From positions 21,576,001 to 21,640,000 of the forward strand of contig OX597841.1 of NCBI GenBank assembly GCA_951406725.2: a DNA stretch of 64,000 nt, read 5' to 3'. A program made the translations under genes and the position numbers. Shown here piece after piece: positions 37,943 through 51,190 of the stretch. The DNA is from Octopus vulgaris (Eukaryota). Below the pieces are notes generated by a model that saw nothing but the letters and a program-made list of their open reading frames with translations, searched no databases and was not told the origin of the DNA. The first letter of the stretch is position 1, and every line of letters starts with the position of its first letter.

Positions 37943-38039
37943 TGCATATAGTACCTATATATATATATTGCATATAGTACCTATATATATATATACTGCA
38001 TATAGTACCTATATATATATATATATACTGCATATAGTA

Positions 38040-38090
<51 letters not shown>

Positions 38091-38340
38091 TGCATATAGT
38101 ACCTATATATATATATATATATATATATATACCCGTCTGTTAAATATCACCACATGAGCACTGCTAGGGACTCGTATTACAAGACGTCCGATAAAGGAAG
38201 TTTGCCCGCGGTTTGGCGCGTGAAACGTGTTAATATATACATAGAAAAACATGTGTGTGTGAGTATATATATATATCTCAGACAGAGAAACTGTGTCAAT
38301 AAGAGCGGTAGATAAAAATAGAGAGAAAATAAAGACGAAC

Positions 38341-38512
38341 CGTTTTCTTCTCTTCGCGGATCGGCGGCTTTGCATCTGACGGGCACCTTGCTCTCTCCTC
38401 CGTTTTTCTTCTGCAGACACTCGTCGACGGAAGGCGCCGTAACGGAGACATTGGTAGTGTTGTAATGTTGGCGATTCACCGAAGCCGTGACTGGCTGAAC
38501 ACACTCCAACAT
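38341..38512 (-). CDS. GUCD1: GUCD1 exon 1 (coding part), copy 1
   Basis: aaaaATG context; MLECVQPVTASVNRQHYNTTNVSVTAPSVDECLQKKNGGESKVPVRCKAADPRREEN, ending phase 1 at G|gttcgt, in frame with exon 2. CpG-richer island. Assigned by position and phase, not by homology. Confidence 0.7.
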
Positions 38513-39294
38513 TTTTACTTGGCGATTCCTGAGCTTTTTACTAAAAATAGGCCGCGAGAGTGGAAGGTACAGGAATAGTATAAAGAGAGACGGAGAGAGA
38601 GAGAGAGAGACAGACGGAAATAGAAAGACGGAGAGAGTGAGTGAAAGAAAGAGAGAGAGAGAGACAGAAAGAGTGAAAATGGTAGAGATAGAGACAAAGA
38701 AAGCGCGGGAAAGCTCGTTGGGTTTGCAGGATAAAGAGTTTTTATGTGTGTGTGTTTATGTGCCCATTATTCTCCAAGTCATTTGACTGCAGTTCTGCGG
38801 TCTTTTTTGCCAAACGGCTAACTTACGGGAACGTAAACACACCAGCATCGGTTGTCAATGACGGTGGGTAGCAAAAACACACACACACATAACTATATAT
38901 ATACTCTTTATTCTTTTAATTGTTTCAGTCATTTGACTGTGGCCATGCTGGAGCACCGCCTCCTGTATCGTCGAGCAAATCGACCCCAGGACTTATTCTT
39001 TGTAAGCCTAGTACTTATTCTATCGGTCCTTTGTCGAACCGCTAGCATACAAGGCCGTGCAAAAACACCAGCATCGGCTGTCAGGCGATGTTGGGGATAC
39101 AAATACAGACACAAACGTATACACACATATATATATACATATACGTATATACGACGGGCTTCTTTCAGTTTCCGTTTATCAAATCCACTCACAAGGCTTT
39201 GGTCGGCCCGAGGCTATAGTAGAAGACACTTGCCCAAGGTGCCACGCAGTGGGACTGAACCCGGAACCATTTGGTTGGTAAACAAGCTACTTAC

Positions 39295-39344
<50 letters not shown>

Positions 39345-39439
39345 ATCCAAACAAGAAAGTACAAAAAAAAAAACACAACGCGAGGACGTGGAACAAATAT
39401 AGTATTACTGGACGCTCAGGAAAGAAGGAAAGAAGGAGG

Positions 39440-39474
39440 GTTTAACGTTTCGAGCGGAGCTCTTCGTCGGAAAC
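39440..39474 (-). ncRNA. Minimal hammerhead motif (CCGACGA core) in a PLE-like terminus (39341-39563; copy at 48090-48124)
   Basis: gttt-CCGACGA-a-gagc(tcc)gctc-GAAA-cg-TT-aaac. Confidence 0.72.
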
Positions 39475-39563
39475 AAAGGAGAAGGAAAGATCCCGAAAAG
39501 GGAAGACAGAGGAAAAAAATCGCCAACGGTACACACGAGGTCACATTAATAGCTATAATATCG

Positions 39564-39663
39564 NNNNNNNNNNNNNNNNNNNNNNNNNNNNNNNNNNNNN
39601 NNNNNNNNNNNNNNNNNNNNNNNNNNNNNNNNNNNNNNNNNNNNNNNNNNNNNNNNNNNNNNN
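39564..39663. other. Assembly gap (100 N)
   Basis: Run of exactly 100 N, typical of a scaffolding join. Confidence 0.99.
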
Positions 39664-40776
39664 TTCAATTCCCAGTGGCACATTGTGTTCTTCAACAAGG
39701 TACTTTACTCTTTGCTCCAGTCCATTCATCTGGCAAAAGCAAGGAGTGCTTGGATTTCAAAGGGGCCAGCCTTGTCACATTCTGTGGTACACTGAATCAC
39801 CCTGAGAACTACATTAAGGGTATGCATGTCTGTGGAGTACCCAGCCACTTTCACTTCAGGTTCACGAGTAGGCTCTTCCTTAGATCGGATCCACTGGAAC
39901 ACTCATTGTTGTAATCAAGGGAGTACCAGGTGTGGCTGGGTGGTAAGATGCTTGCTTCCCAACCACATGGTTCCGGGTTCAGTTCTTCTGCATGGAACTT
40001 GGGCAAGTATCTTCTCTTATAACCTTAGGCCAACCAAAGCCTTGTGAGTGAATTTGGTACACAGAAACTGAAAGAAGACTGGCAAATATTTATATATATG
40101 TTTGTGTCCTTGTAACTCAGTGGTTCAGCAAAAGAGACCGATAGAATAATTACTAGGCTTACAAAGAATAAGTCGGTTGTCAAGCAATGCTAGGGGAACA
40201 AACACAGACACACAAACACATACACACACACATATATATATATATACATATATACAACAGGCTTCTTTCAGTTTCCGTCTACCAAATATACTGGATATAG
40301 TTTAAGCCTTTAACATTTACACTGGCTCTGTCTGGCCCATACTTGAAATCTTCAAAGCCACAGTCGAACCAATTCTACTATATGGCTCAGAAACCTGGAC
40401 GTTATCAAAGAAGCTTGAGAGGCGGTTGGATGGAACCTACACTCGCCTCCTTATGAGAGCTCAAAATCTCTCGTGGAAGCGTCATCCAACCAAAATGCAA
40501 ATATATGGGAAACTACCACCTGTGTCATCTCTTGTGAAAGGTAGAAGAGTCCAGTTTGCTGGACATTGTTGTAGAGCTGAAAACAAGGTAATTTCTGCTC
40601 TTCTCCTCTGGAAGCCATCTACTCCCGATACGAGAGGGCGCACACTCTCCTACCCTGATGTAATCTCCAGGGATACAGGCATCCAGCAACAGGACCTCTG
40701 TAATGCCATGATGGACCGTGAAGTCTGGCGTAGCATGGTAAATTCCATTGTCTCGATCACGGTCGAACAATGATGA

Positions 40777-40822
<46 letters not shown>

Positions 40823-41413
40823 CATACATACATATCATCTCTTGTGAAAGGTAGAAGAGTCCAGTTTGCTGGACATTGTTGTAGAGCTGAAAACAAGGTA
40901 ATTTTTACTCTTCTCCTCTGGAAGCCATCTACTCGCAATACCAGAGGGTGCACACTCTCCTACCCTGATGTAATCTCCAGGGATACAGGCATCCAGCAAC
41001 AGGACCTCCGTAATGCCATGATGGACCGTGAAGTCTGGCGTAGCATGGTAAATTCCATTGTCTCGACCACGGTCGAACAATGATGATGTTGATATATATA
41101 TATATATATACATACATACATACATATCTCCTTGTGAAAGGTAGAAGAGTCCAGTTTGCTGGACATTGTTGTAGAGCTGAAAACGAGGTAATTTCTACTC
41201 TTCTCCTCTGGAAGCCATCTACTCCCGATACCAGGGGGCGAACAATGATGTTGATGATGATACACAGCTGTTCTTCACTTTCAACAAAGTCATTATTCAC
41301 TTGAGTCATTAGTCACCCTGAAGGATGACTAGATGGTCCTTGTCGCTCCAACGGACGGATGGACACATGTGGCAACAACAACAATTATAGCAACCGCTGC
41401 TACTACTACTTAC

Positions 41414-41499
41414 CGAAGTACCATAGAACAACAGGCGAGTCCACAGTCCCAGCTGTACTTCTGTGATTGGAATGGTATTGGGATGGAGCAGCGAGGCAG
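41414..41499 (-). pseudogene. GUCD1: GUCD1 exon 2, second copy with a +1 frameshift
   Basis: 86 nt instead of 85 (ctcgctgctccatc vs ctcgctttccatc on the minus strand). Splice sites intact. Confidence 0.75.
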
Positions 41500-42192
41500 C
41501 TGCAATAGAAAACAGTATCATCATCATCATCATTACCACCATCGTAACGGTCACTCTTTACTCTCTTTTACTTGTTTCAGTCATTTGACTGCGGCCATGC
41601 TGGAGCACCGCCTTTAATCGAGCAACTCGACCCCCCGGGACTTATTCTTTTTGTAAGCCCAGCACTTATTCTATCGGTCTCTTTTGCCGAACTGTTAAGT
41701 GACAGGGACATAAACACACCAGCATCGGTTGTCAAGCAATGCTAGGGGGACAAACACAGACACACACAAGCATATGTATATATATATATATATATATATA
41801 CATATATACGACAGGCTTCTTTCAGTTTCTGTCTACCAAATCCACTCACAAGGCATTGGTCGGCCCGGGGCTATACTAGAAGACACTTGCCCAAGTTGCC
41901 ACGCAATGGGACTGAACCCGGAACCATGTGGTTGGTTAGCAAGTTACTTACCACACAGCCACTCCTACGCCTAAGATGGTTAATAATTTTCTGGGTGTCT
42001 GCCAAGTCAGCCGCCAGACGTCGGAGTTTCAATGTGTCCATGCCCAGGGAAGTAAGGCATTCAGAATATGGCAAAAGCCTGATGGAGGGTATTCTGAGAG
42101 GGGGTCCTTTTGTTGCCAACAGCTTTCTGAGTTTTCTCCATCCTATAAGCTTATTCTAGCTACAATACTTTCAGAACATCCTTAACTACTGC

Positions 42193-42234
<42 letters not shown>

Positions 42235-42769
42235 ACGCCTTCGTATGTCATACACAGCAAGTGATAGAAACCGGTGTTGGTTTGTTTACAGCCCATAGTG
42301 GTTCGGTAAAAGAGGTTGATGAAATAACTATAAGACGATGGAGGGTGGGAGAAAGGGAGGGACAAAAAAACAAAAACCTCGGAGTGGCTGTGTGGTAAGT
42401 AGCTTGCTAACCAACCACATGGTTCCGGGTTCAGTCCCACTGCGTGGCATCTTGGGCAAGTGTCTTCTGCTATAGCCCCGGGCCGACCAATGCCTTGTGA
42501 GTGGATTTGGTAGACAGAAACTGAAAGAAGCCTGTCGTATATATGTATATGTATGTGTGTGTGTATGTGTTTGTGGGTCTGTGTTTGTCCCCCTAGCATT
42601 GCTTGACAACCGATGCTGGTGTGTTTACGTCCTCGTCACATAGCGGTTCGGCAAAAGAGAGACCGATAGAATAAGTACTGGGCTTACAAAAAAGAATAAG
42701 TCCCGGGGTCGATTTGCTCGACTAAAGGCGGTGCTCCAGCATGGCCGCAGTCAAATGACTGAAACATGT

Positions 42770-42840
<71 letters not shown>

Positions 42841-44255
42841 AAGTACTGTTGCTCAATTAAAATCGTACAATAAAATTCTGTGAGGCATTAAATATGGACG
42901 GAGACCAAAGTGAAACAGGATGTTACCTGACTTTTGGCGCCAACTACAATTTTTTTTACTTATTTCTTTAATATTTATAATTAAAAGAACCGTCTCGAAT
43001 TAATGAAACGGCGAAAATAAATACATAAGTCCCGGGGTCGAGTTGCTCAATTAAAGGCGGTGCTGCAGCATGGCCGCAGTCAAATGACTGAAACAAGTAA
43101 AAGAGTAAATGAAAACCTTTACCTTGTTATATAACGGTTATACCATGGTTTCCGAAATTTGCTATAAAATTGTGGTTTTGGGCCGCGTTGGCTGCTATTT
43201 CTAGCATGTAAAAATTACCTGTTAAAGGGTAATTTTCTATTTTGAAATAAAAATATGTAATCTATTGACTTTTTATACATGCTAAGCCACCGGTGGTGAT
43301 ATTTATAACGAGTATTCGCTACCATATATATATATATATATATATAATGTTTTGTTTGTTTCAGCCACTGGACTGTGGCCATGCTACGGCACCGCCTTGA
43401 CGGGTTTTATTCAAGCGAAGTGACCCCAGGACTTAATTACAAAACTGGTTGCTATTCCATCGGACTTTTACACTGAACAGCTACATTAGGGAGACATAAA
43501 CAACCCCAAAGATATACACAGGGACGATATGTTTCTTCCAATGTCCCTCTACGAAATCCACTCGCAAGGATTTGATAGCCTATGGTTATAGAAAAAGACA
43601 TGCCCAGGGCGCCACGCAGTGGGATTGAACCCAGAACTTAGTGGTTGGAGTGTGTGTGTGTGTGTGTGTGTGTGTGTAGTACCACTTTAAGGGAATAGGA
43701 AGGTTATGCAGTTATCGAAGGCCCTGTTTATTTAAGGGGCACCTAGTACTAATCTATATATGCAAAAATAAAAACCCCAAAAACACCTGGTATATTTTAA
43801 ATGACTATTGCAGCGAAGTCAGGTAAATGGTTTGCACCAATATATATTATGGGCTTATGGGTTTCCTGTTACAAGGCTTATCAAGAACGGGGAATGTGGA
43901 AGGGCTTTCGCCACACCCTGTACACACATACAAGCATGTGTGTGTGTGTGTAAATCGAGTCCTTAATTCAGGTAAAAATGCACTCTGTCAACAGAGTGGG
44001 TACACATCCATCGAAATGTATAGAATACTGAACACTTCGGATAATATATATATATACAAATTGAGATAGGGGTTGTAAATGCAACCCTCTATGGGATAAC
44101 ATATATCCAATATACTGCTAGTGAAGTACCCAACAAAGTTAATACATAAATGTTAAGGATTGCGATGCAATTAATTCATTTACTGTATTATATGGGCAAA
44201 GGTAAAATGATTTACCACAAATTACTATCTTGTATATATATGTGTGTGTGTGTGT

Positions 44256-44305
<50 letters not shown>

Positions 44306-45236
44306 GGGAGTAAATCCAAACTTACAGGGAAAAATTAGATTTAGGATTAAATCTAATTTTACAGTATAAATATATATATATTTATATATTAAATTAGAGA
44401 TAAAACCACTATTAGGCAAATCAAACAGTGAAAATCATAAACCAATACATAGAAATAAAATTAATTTAAAAAATATATATATATCTATATAAACAAAAGG
44501 GTAATAATATAGATTACTACCAGTGGCTCAGCACAAAAGACGAATTAGTCATTAGGACTTATTCTTTTGTAAGCCCAGTACTTATTCTATCGGTCTCTTT
44601 TTGGCGAACCGCTAGATAACGGGGACATAAACACACCAGCATCGGTTGTCAAGCGATGCTAGGGGGACAAACACACACACATATATATATATACGACAGG
44701 CTTCTTTCAGTTTCCGTCTACCAAATCCACTCACAAGGCGTTGGTCGGCCGGGGGCTATAGTAGAAGACACTTGCCCAAGGTGCCACGCAGTGGGACTGA
44801 ACCCGGAACCATGTGGTTGGTAAGTCATATATCTATATATATCTATATATATAGATATACACACAACAGTGTAGATCCATTCCGGTCCATTTTACCAGAG
44901 TCCTGCACACGAGTTAGAAGTTACCAACACACAAGCATAGATATATATACAGGGACTAACACATATATATATATATATACATACATACATAGAGGCACTA
45001 ACCGTAAAAGTAGTACGAGACATCGAAATACGAAGAGACAGACAGACACACACACAGAATTATATATTCTAGGATATATACAGTAGCAGACATTTTACGA
45101 TTTGACGGGCGTCACTTCAGATTTCAACTCATCTAATTCTAAGTAATGTTTTCCCCCGACACACACAATGCGTGATCAATGTGTGTGAGCATATATATAT
45201 ATACTGTGGTTAACCCCGACTCAACCCGGGACCTAC

Positions 45237-45277
<41 letters not shown>

Positions 45278-45560
45278 TGTGGTTAACCCCGACTCAACCC
45301 GGGACCTACATTATATATATATATATATAGGTACCTGTGTGAAAAAATCTGGGAGATTTTTCTTATAGTAGAAGAAATAGTTAAGATTTTTTGGCTGCTA
45401 TTTCTAAAAAGTTTGGTGTGTGGTAAAGTAAATTATTTTACTGAACCCTAATTATATAAAGTAATGGTTTAAATATACCGTAAACGGTCTTTTTACATAC
45501 TGAACACTACTTGGTAAAATTACTAATTAATAATTAATTAATCTTACCCTTTTATTATTG

Positions 45561-45595
<35 letters not shown>

Positions 45596-45699
45596 TAAGG
45601 GTAGAAATTGATTTGAGAACATAATCTTTGTGGAGAATGGCGATTTTATGTCTATATCTAGCATGTTGACTGTCCACTTTTCGTGTTCAGTCCTTAATT

Positions 45700-45743
<44 letters not shown>

Positions 45744-45815
45744 TAAAATAAATTCAGGGTGATTACTTGATAAATGTAAAGCACCTGTATATGCGAGCTA
45801 GTAGCATAGGTGAGA

Positions 45816-45886
<71 letters not shown>

Positions 45887-46127
45887 TGTGTAGTTTATGT
45901 GTATATATCTATATATCTTTTACTGGAGTCGGTTATCGAACTGTGATAATTGGAACACTTGCTTGCTAAGGCCTTGCGATCTATTTCAGTGATCGATTCT
46001 ACGTTACGTATATCGATCCACCGATCAATTTGATTCCCTCTCTCTCGTCTAAATACTATATTATATTTCTCAATATATGGCGGTGCCCCAGCATGGCCAC
46101 AGCTCATAAGCTGAAACTGGAATCAAT

Positions 46128-46178
<51 letters not shown>

Positions 46179-46414
46179 GTACTACTAGCGAACAGTGGTC
46201 CTGGTGCTCGCATCCGCGCTAGCTAGTCGTGACTAGTCGATCCTACAACGACTTCCTAGCAAAGTGAATAAAACACAAAAACACAAAGTAAACAATTTTT
46301 TAAACAAAGTAAATAACACAAAAACACAAAATAAAGATCGACTAGTCATGACTAGCTAGTTCGGATGCGCGACTGCGCGTGTGCACGCACCGGGACCATT
46401 GTTCGCTAGTAGTA

Positions 46415-46453
<39 letters not shown>

Positions 46454-46490
46454 TGCATATAGTACCTATATATATATATTGCATATAGTA

Positions 46491-46525
<35 letters not shown>

Positions 46526-46982
46526 TGCATATAGTACCTATATATATATATTGCATATAGTACCTATATATATATATATATATATATATACTGCATATAG
46601 TACCTATATATATATATTGCATATAGTACCTATATATATATATATATATACTGCATATAGTACCTATATATATATATTGCATATAGTACCTATATATATA
46701 TATATATATATATATATACTGCATATAGTACCTATATATATATACATATATATATATATATACCCGTCTATTAAATATCACTCACAGGGCCACTGAGCAC
46801 TGCTAGAGACTCGTATTACAAGACGTCCGATACAAGGAAGTTTGCCCGCGGTTTGGCGCGTGAAACGTGTTAATATATACATAGAAAAACATGTGTGTGT
46901 GAGTATATATATATATATCAGACAGAGAAACTGCGTCAATAAGAGCGGTAGATAAAAATAGAGAGAAAAAATAAAGACGAAC

Positions 46983-47154
46983 CGTTTTCTTCTCTTCGCG
47001 GATCGGCGGCTTTGCATCTGACGGGCACCTTGCTCTCTCCTCCGTTTTTCTTCTGCAGACACTCGTCGACGGAAGGCGCCGTAACGGAGACATTGGTAGT
47101 GTTGTAATGTTGGCGATTCACCGAAGCCGTGACTGGCTGAACACACTCCAACAT
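46983..47154 (-). CDS. GUCD1: GUCD1 exon 1, second copy
   Basis: Same 57-codon ORF and G|gttcgt donor as 38341-38512. Confidence 0.65.
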
Positions 47155-47954
47155 TTTTACTTGGCGATTCCTGAGCTTTTTACTAAAAATAGGCCGCGAG
47201 AGTGGAAGGTACAGGAATAGTATAAAGAGAGACGGAGAGAGAGAGAGAGAGAGAGAGACAGACGGAAATAGAAAGACGGAGAGAGTGAGTGAAAGAAAGA
47301 GAGAGAGACAGAAAGAGTGAAAATGGTAGAGATAGAGACAAAGAAAGCGCGGGAAAGCTCGTTGGGTTTGCAGGATAAAGAGTTTTTATGTGTGTGTGTT
47401 TATGTGCCCATTATTCTCCAAGTCATTTGACTGCAGTTCTGCGGTCTTTTTTGCCAAACGGCTAACTTACGGGAACGTAAACACACCAGCATCGGTTGTC
47501 AATGACGGTGGGTAGCAAAAACACACACACACACACACACACACACATAACTATATATATACTCTTTATTCTTTTAATTGTTTCAGTCATTTGACTGTGG
47601 CCATGCTGGAGTACCGCCTCCTGTATCGTCGAGCAAATCGACCCCAGGACTTATTCTTTGTAAGCCTAGTACTTATTCTATCGGTCCCTTTTGTCGAACC
47701 GCTAGCATACAAGGCCGTAAAAACACCAGCATCGGCTGTCAGGCGATGTTGGGGAGACAAATACAGACACACAAACGTATACACACATATATATATACAT
47801 ATACGTATATACGACGGGCTTCTTTCAGTTTCCGTTTATCAAATCCACTCACAAGGCTTTGGTCGGCCCGAGGCTATAGTAGAAGACACTTGCCCAAGGT
47901 GCCACGCAGTGGGACTGAACCCGGAACCATTTGGTTGGTAAACAAGCTACTTAC

Positions 47955-47990
<36 letters not shown>

Positions 47991-48663
47991 GTTAATCCAA
48001 ACAAGAAAGTACAAAAAAAAAAACACAACGCGAGGACGTGGAACAAATATAGTATTACTGGACGCTCAGGAAAGAAGGAAAGAAGGAGGGTTTAACGTTT
48101 CGAGCGGAGCTCTTCGTCGGAAACAAAGGAGAAGGAAAGATCCCGAAAAGGGAAGACAGAGGAAAAAAATCGCCAACGGTACACACGAGGTCACATTAAT
48201 ATTATAATATCGTGGTATCGAAGGGTTAACAAAACTAATGTGTCGACCACACACGATAATTTTAATTAAGACCAAATCTACAGACAGGTCAATGACCGAC
48301 AAAACTAATCAAGGGCAACGTGTTAAGAGCAAACGGGACGTTTTTATGAGCTGATAATGAAAAGTGGGGATAGTTTAGGCGATATTTCGGTGACAGTGTA
48401 ATACTGATGACACCGTTTTCGGTGATATTTGAGTCTTAGTAAAACAGCTGTCTCATTCATTGCTGTGAAATTTGAGAATGAAGATAGGGCATGACCTTTA
48501 AAAACCCATTCAGTACTTTAGAAACATTTGCGAATATCAAGGGCAATTAAGGGATGGCAGAAGAATATGCTAAAGGAAGGTTTTAATGATTTTGAGGTGG
48601 ACGAGAGAGAGAGAGAAGAGAGATAGAAAGAGAGAAAGAGAAATATATATAGAGAAAGAGAGA

Positions 48664-48695
<32 letters not shown>

Positions 48696-48774
48696 ATGAG
48701 AGAGAAAGAGAGAGAGAAAGAAAGAGAGAGAAAAAGAAAGAGAGAAAGAGAAATATATATAGAGAAAGAGAGAA

Positions 48775-48827
<53 letters not shown>

Positions 48828-48974
48828 AAGAGAGAGAGAAAAAGAGAAAAGAGGAAAGCAAGAATGCTTACTTATTGAACGTTCTGTGTTGTCTTTCAAG
48901 CTACAACGACCGAGTTGTCTCCTCTGAGAGAACGGACGATTGAATTATCGCCCCTGAAATTGTCCACCTCTAAG

Positions 48975-49804
48975 CAGGAAAAAGGAAGAGATCGAAGTGG
49001 TTGATGATTTCATCTTCCTTGGCTCCAAAATAAATCGAGATGGTGACTGCACTCCAGAAATAAGACGGTGGATAGTACTAGGCAGAGAGGCAATGGTCAG
49101 TATGAGCAGGGTTTGGAAGAGTAGAGACAATCAGACTCGCTACCAAACGCAGATTGGTGAATGCAATTGTCTTCCCAATAGCAACATATGGATGCGAGAC
49201 CTGGACACTAAAGAAAGCTGACCAGAAGAGAATTAATGCATTCGAGCTTTGGTGTTGGAGAAGACTTTTACGGATTCCATAGACAGCAAGGCTCACCAAT
49301 GGATAAGTTCTTAAGCAGATAAGGCCGAAAATGTCGCTAGAAGCTGGGATCACCAAGCATAGATTGGCATATTTCGGTCATATTATGCGGAGAAAATCCC
49401 TGGAGAAGGACATCATGCTCGGAATGGTCAGTGGCAAGAGAGGAAGAGGCCGACCAAGAACCCGCTGGCTTGACACCATCAAGAGTGATACCGGAATGGA
49501 CATAGCCAATCTGAAAGAAGCGGCCCAGGATAGAACTGACTGGAGGACACTGATCCAACGAGTGACCGAGAGTCGACTTCGACTGAGCGGATAGATAGAT
49601 ACATATATATATATATATATATGCTCGGAATGGTCAGTGGCAAGAGAGGAAGAAGCCGACCAAGAACCCGCTGGCTTGACACCATCAAGAGTGATACCGG
49701 AATGGACATAGCCAATCTGAAAGAAGCGGCCCAGGATAGAACTGACTGGAGGACACTGATCCAACGAGTAACCGAGAGTCGACTTCGACTGAGCGGATAG
49801 ATAG

Positions 49805-49838
<34 letters not shown>

Positions 49839-50020
49839 GCTCGGAATGGTCAGTGGCAAGAGAGGAAGAGGCCGACCAAGAACCCGCTGGCTTGACACCA
49901 TCAAGAGTGATACTGGAATGGACATAGCCAATCTGAAAGAAGCGGCCCAGGATAGAACTGACTGGAGGACACTGATCCAACGAGTGACCGAGGGTCGACT
50001 TCGACTGAGCGGATAGATAG

Positions 50021-50069
<49 letters not shown>

Positions 50070-50456
50070 GAATGGTCAGTGGCAAGAGAGGAAGAGGCCG
50101 ACCAAGAACCCGCTGGCTTGACACCATCAAGAGTGATACCGGAATGGACATAGCCAATCTGAAAGAAGCGGCCCAGGATAGAACTGACTGGAGGACACTG
50201 ATCCAACGAGTGACCGAGGGTCGACTTCGACTGAGCGGATAGATAGATACATATATATATATATATATGTATATATATGCTCGGAATGGTCAGTGGCAAG
50301 AGAGGAAGAGGCCGACCAAGAACCCGCTGGCTTGACACCATCAGGAGTGATACCGGAATGGACATAGCCAATCTGAAAGAAGCGGCCCAGGATAGAACTG
50401 ACTGGAGGACACTAATCCAACGAGTAACCGAGGGTCAACTTCGACTGAGCGGATAG
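48975..50456 (+). mobile_element. BovB-like RTE LINE 3' end with four extra ~180-bp terminal units separated by (TA)n
   Basis: FIFLGSKINRDGDCTPEIRR...YGCETWTLKKADQKRINAFELWCWRRLLRIP...YFGHIMRRKSLEKDIMLGMVSGKRGRGRPRTRWLD...SRLRLSG. Single-unit copy at ~54222-54640. Confidence 0.93.
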
Positions 50457-50582
50457 AGGGAAACAGGGAAAAAAAATTAGTAGGAAAAGTTAGGTTTAAG
50501 AGTCTCCATTTTCATCTTATTTTTCATATGAATTAATAGTGGAGTGGGTATATACACGTCGGTTAATTGCAGGGTTTGTTAA

Positions 50583-50895
50583 CCCCTTACCCAACAATTA
50601 TTTTGAAAATAAATGTATTTTTTCAGACATATTTTTTATTAGTTTCAGTCAATACATGCTCCATAACTCTTTCATCTATATACAAAGAAAAAAAAATCAA
50701 AAGGACTCATTGTCACTGCCAGACGTATAAAGTGAGCGAATATACTCGTATATGTCAAAAAAGAGTTTATAATAGACGAAGGAACTCATTTGCTGTCGAT
50801 TTTGGTGAGTCTATCTTTTGACGAGTTAACTCGCCAGAGATAGAAAAAAACGATTTCGGTCAAAACGCATATATTCGTTTCTGCCGGGTAAGGGG
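50583..50895. mobile_element. piggyBac-type MITE
   Basis: TTAA-ccccttaccc ... gggtaagggg-TTAA, with subterminal cgaatatactcg / cgagttaactcg motifs. Confidence 0.85.
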
Positions 50896-51190
50896 TTAAT
50901 GGGGTACGAGTCCAATCAATCTATATATATAAAAATAGGGAGCTTGACTCAGAGATTGGTGAGGGTTAATTGTGTGCCTTGCTGTTCTGAGGAATATTGA
51001 TAATACCCTGCTTTCGCTTATTGCTTTAGTAATAATCCTGTCTTCTATGGGCTTGGATTTGTGGGGCAGTTGATCATAGACCCTGGTATTTAATTTAAAT
51101 TTACGAACCTCGAAAGGCTAAGTTGACCTTGGCAGACGAAATTTTCGTTCGGCGACTAACGATTGTGAGAGCTCGCTACTTTATTAATAA

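Larger units (their letters stand above)
30940..39563. repeat. Copy 1 of an ~8.6-kb direct duplication (copy 2 = 39664-48212)
   Basis: Collinear and near-identical from ttcaattcccagtggcac to tataatatcg. The copies abut a 100-N gap. Confidence 0.97.

Noticed and set aside
39664-48212. A second GUCD1 paralogue
   Set aside because: Only exons 1-2 are present and the breakpoints coincide with the gap. Likely a haplotype overlap.
48404-48436. CTGATGA-caccg(tttt)cggtg as another hammerhead or C/D snoRNA
   Set aside because: GATA instead of GAAA, no stem I pairing, and no matching D box with terminal stem.
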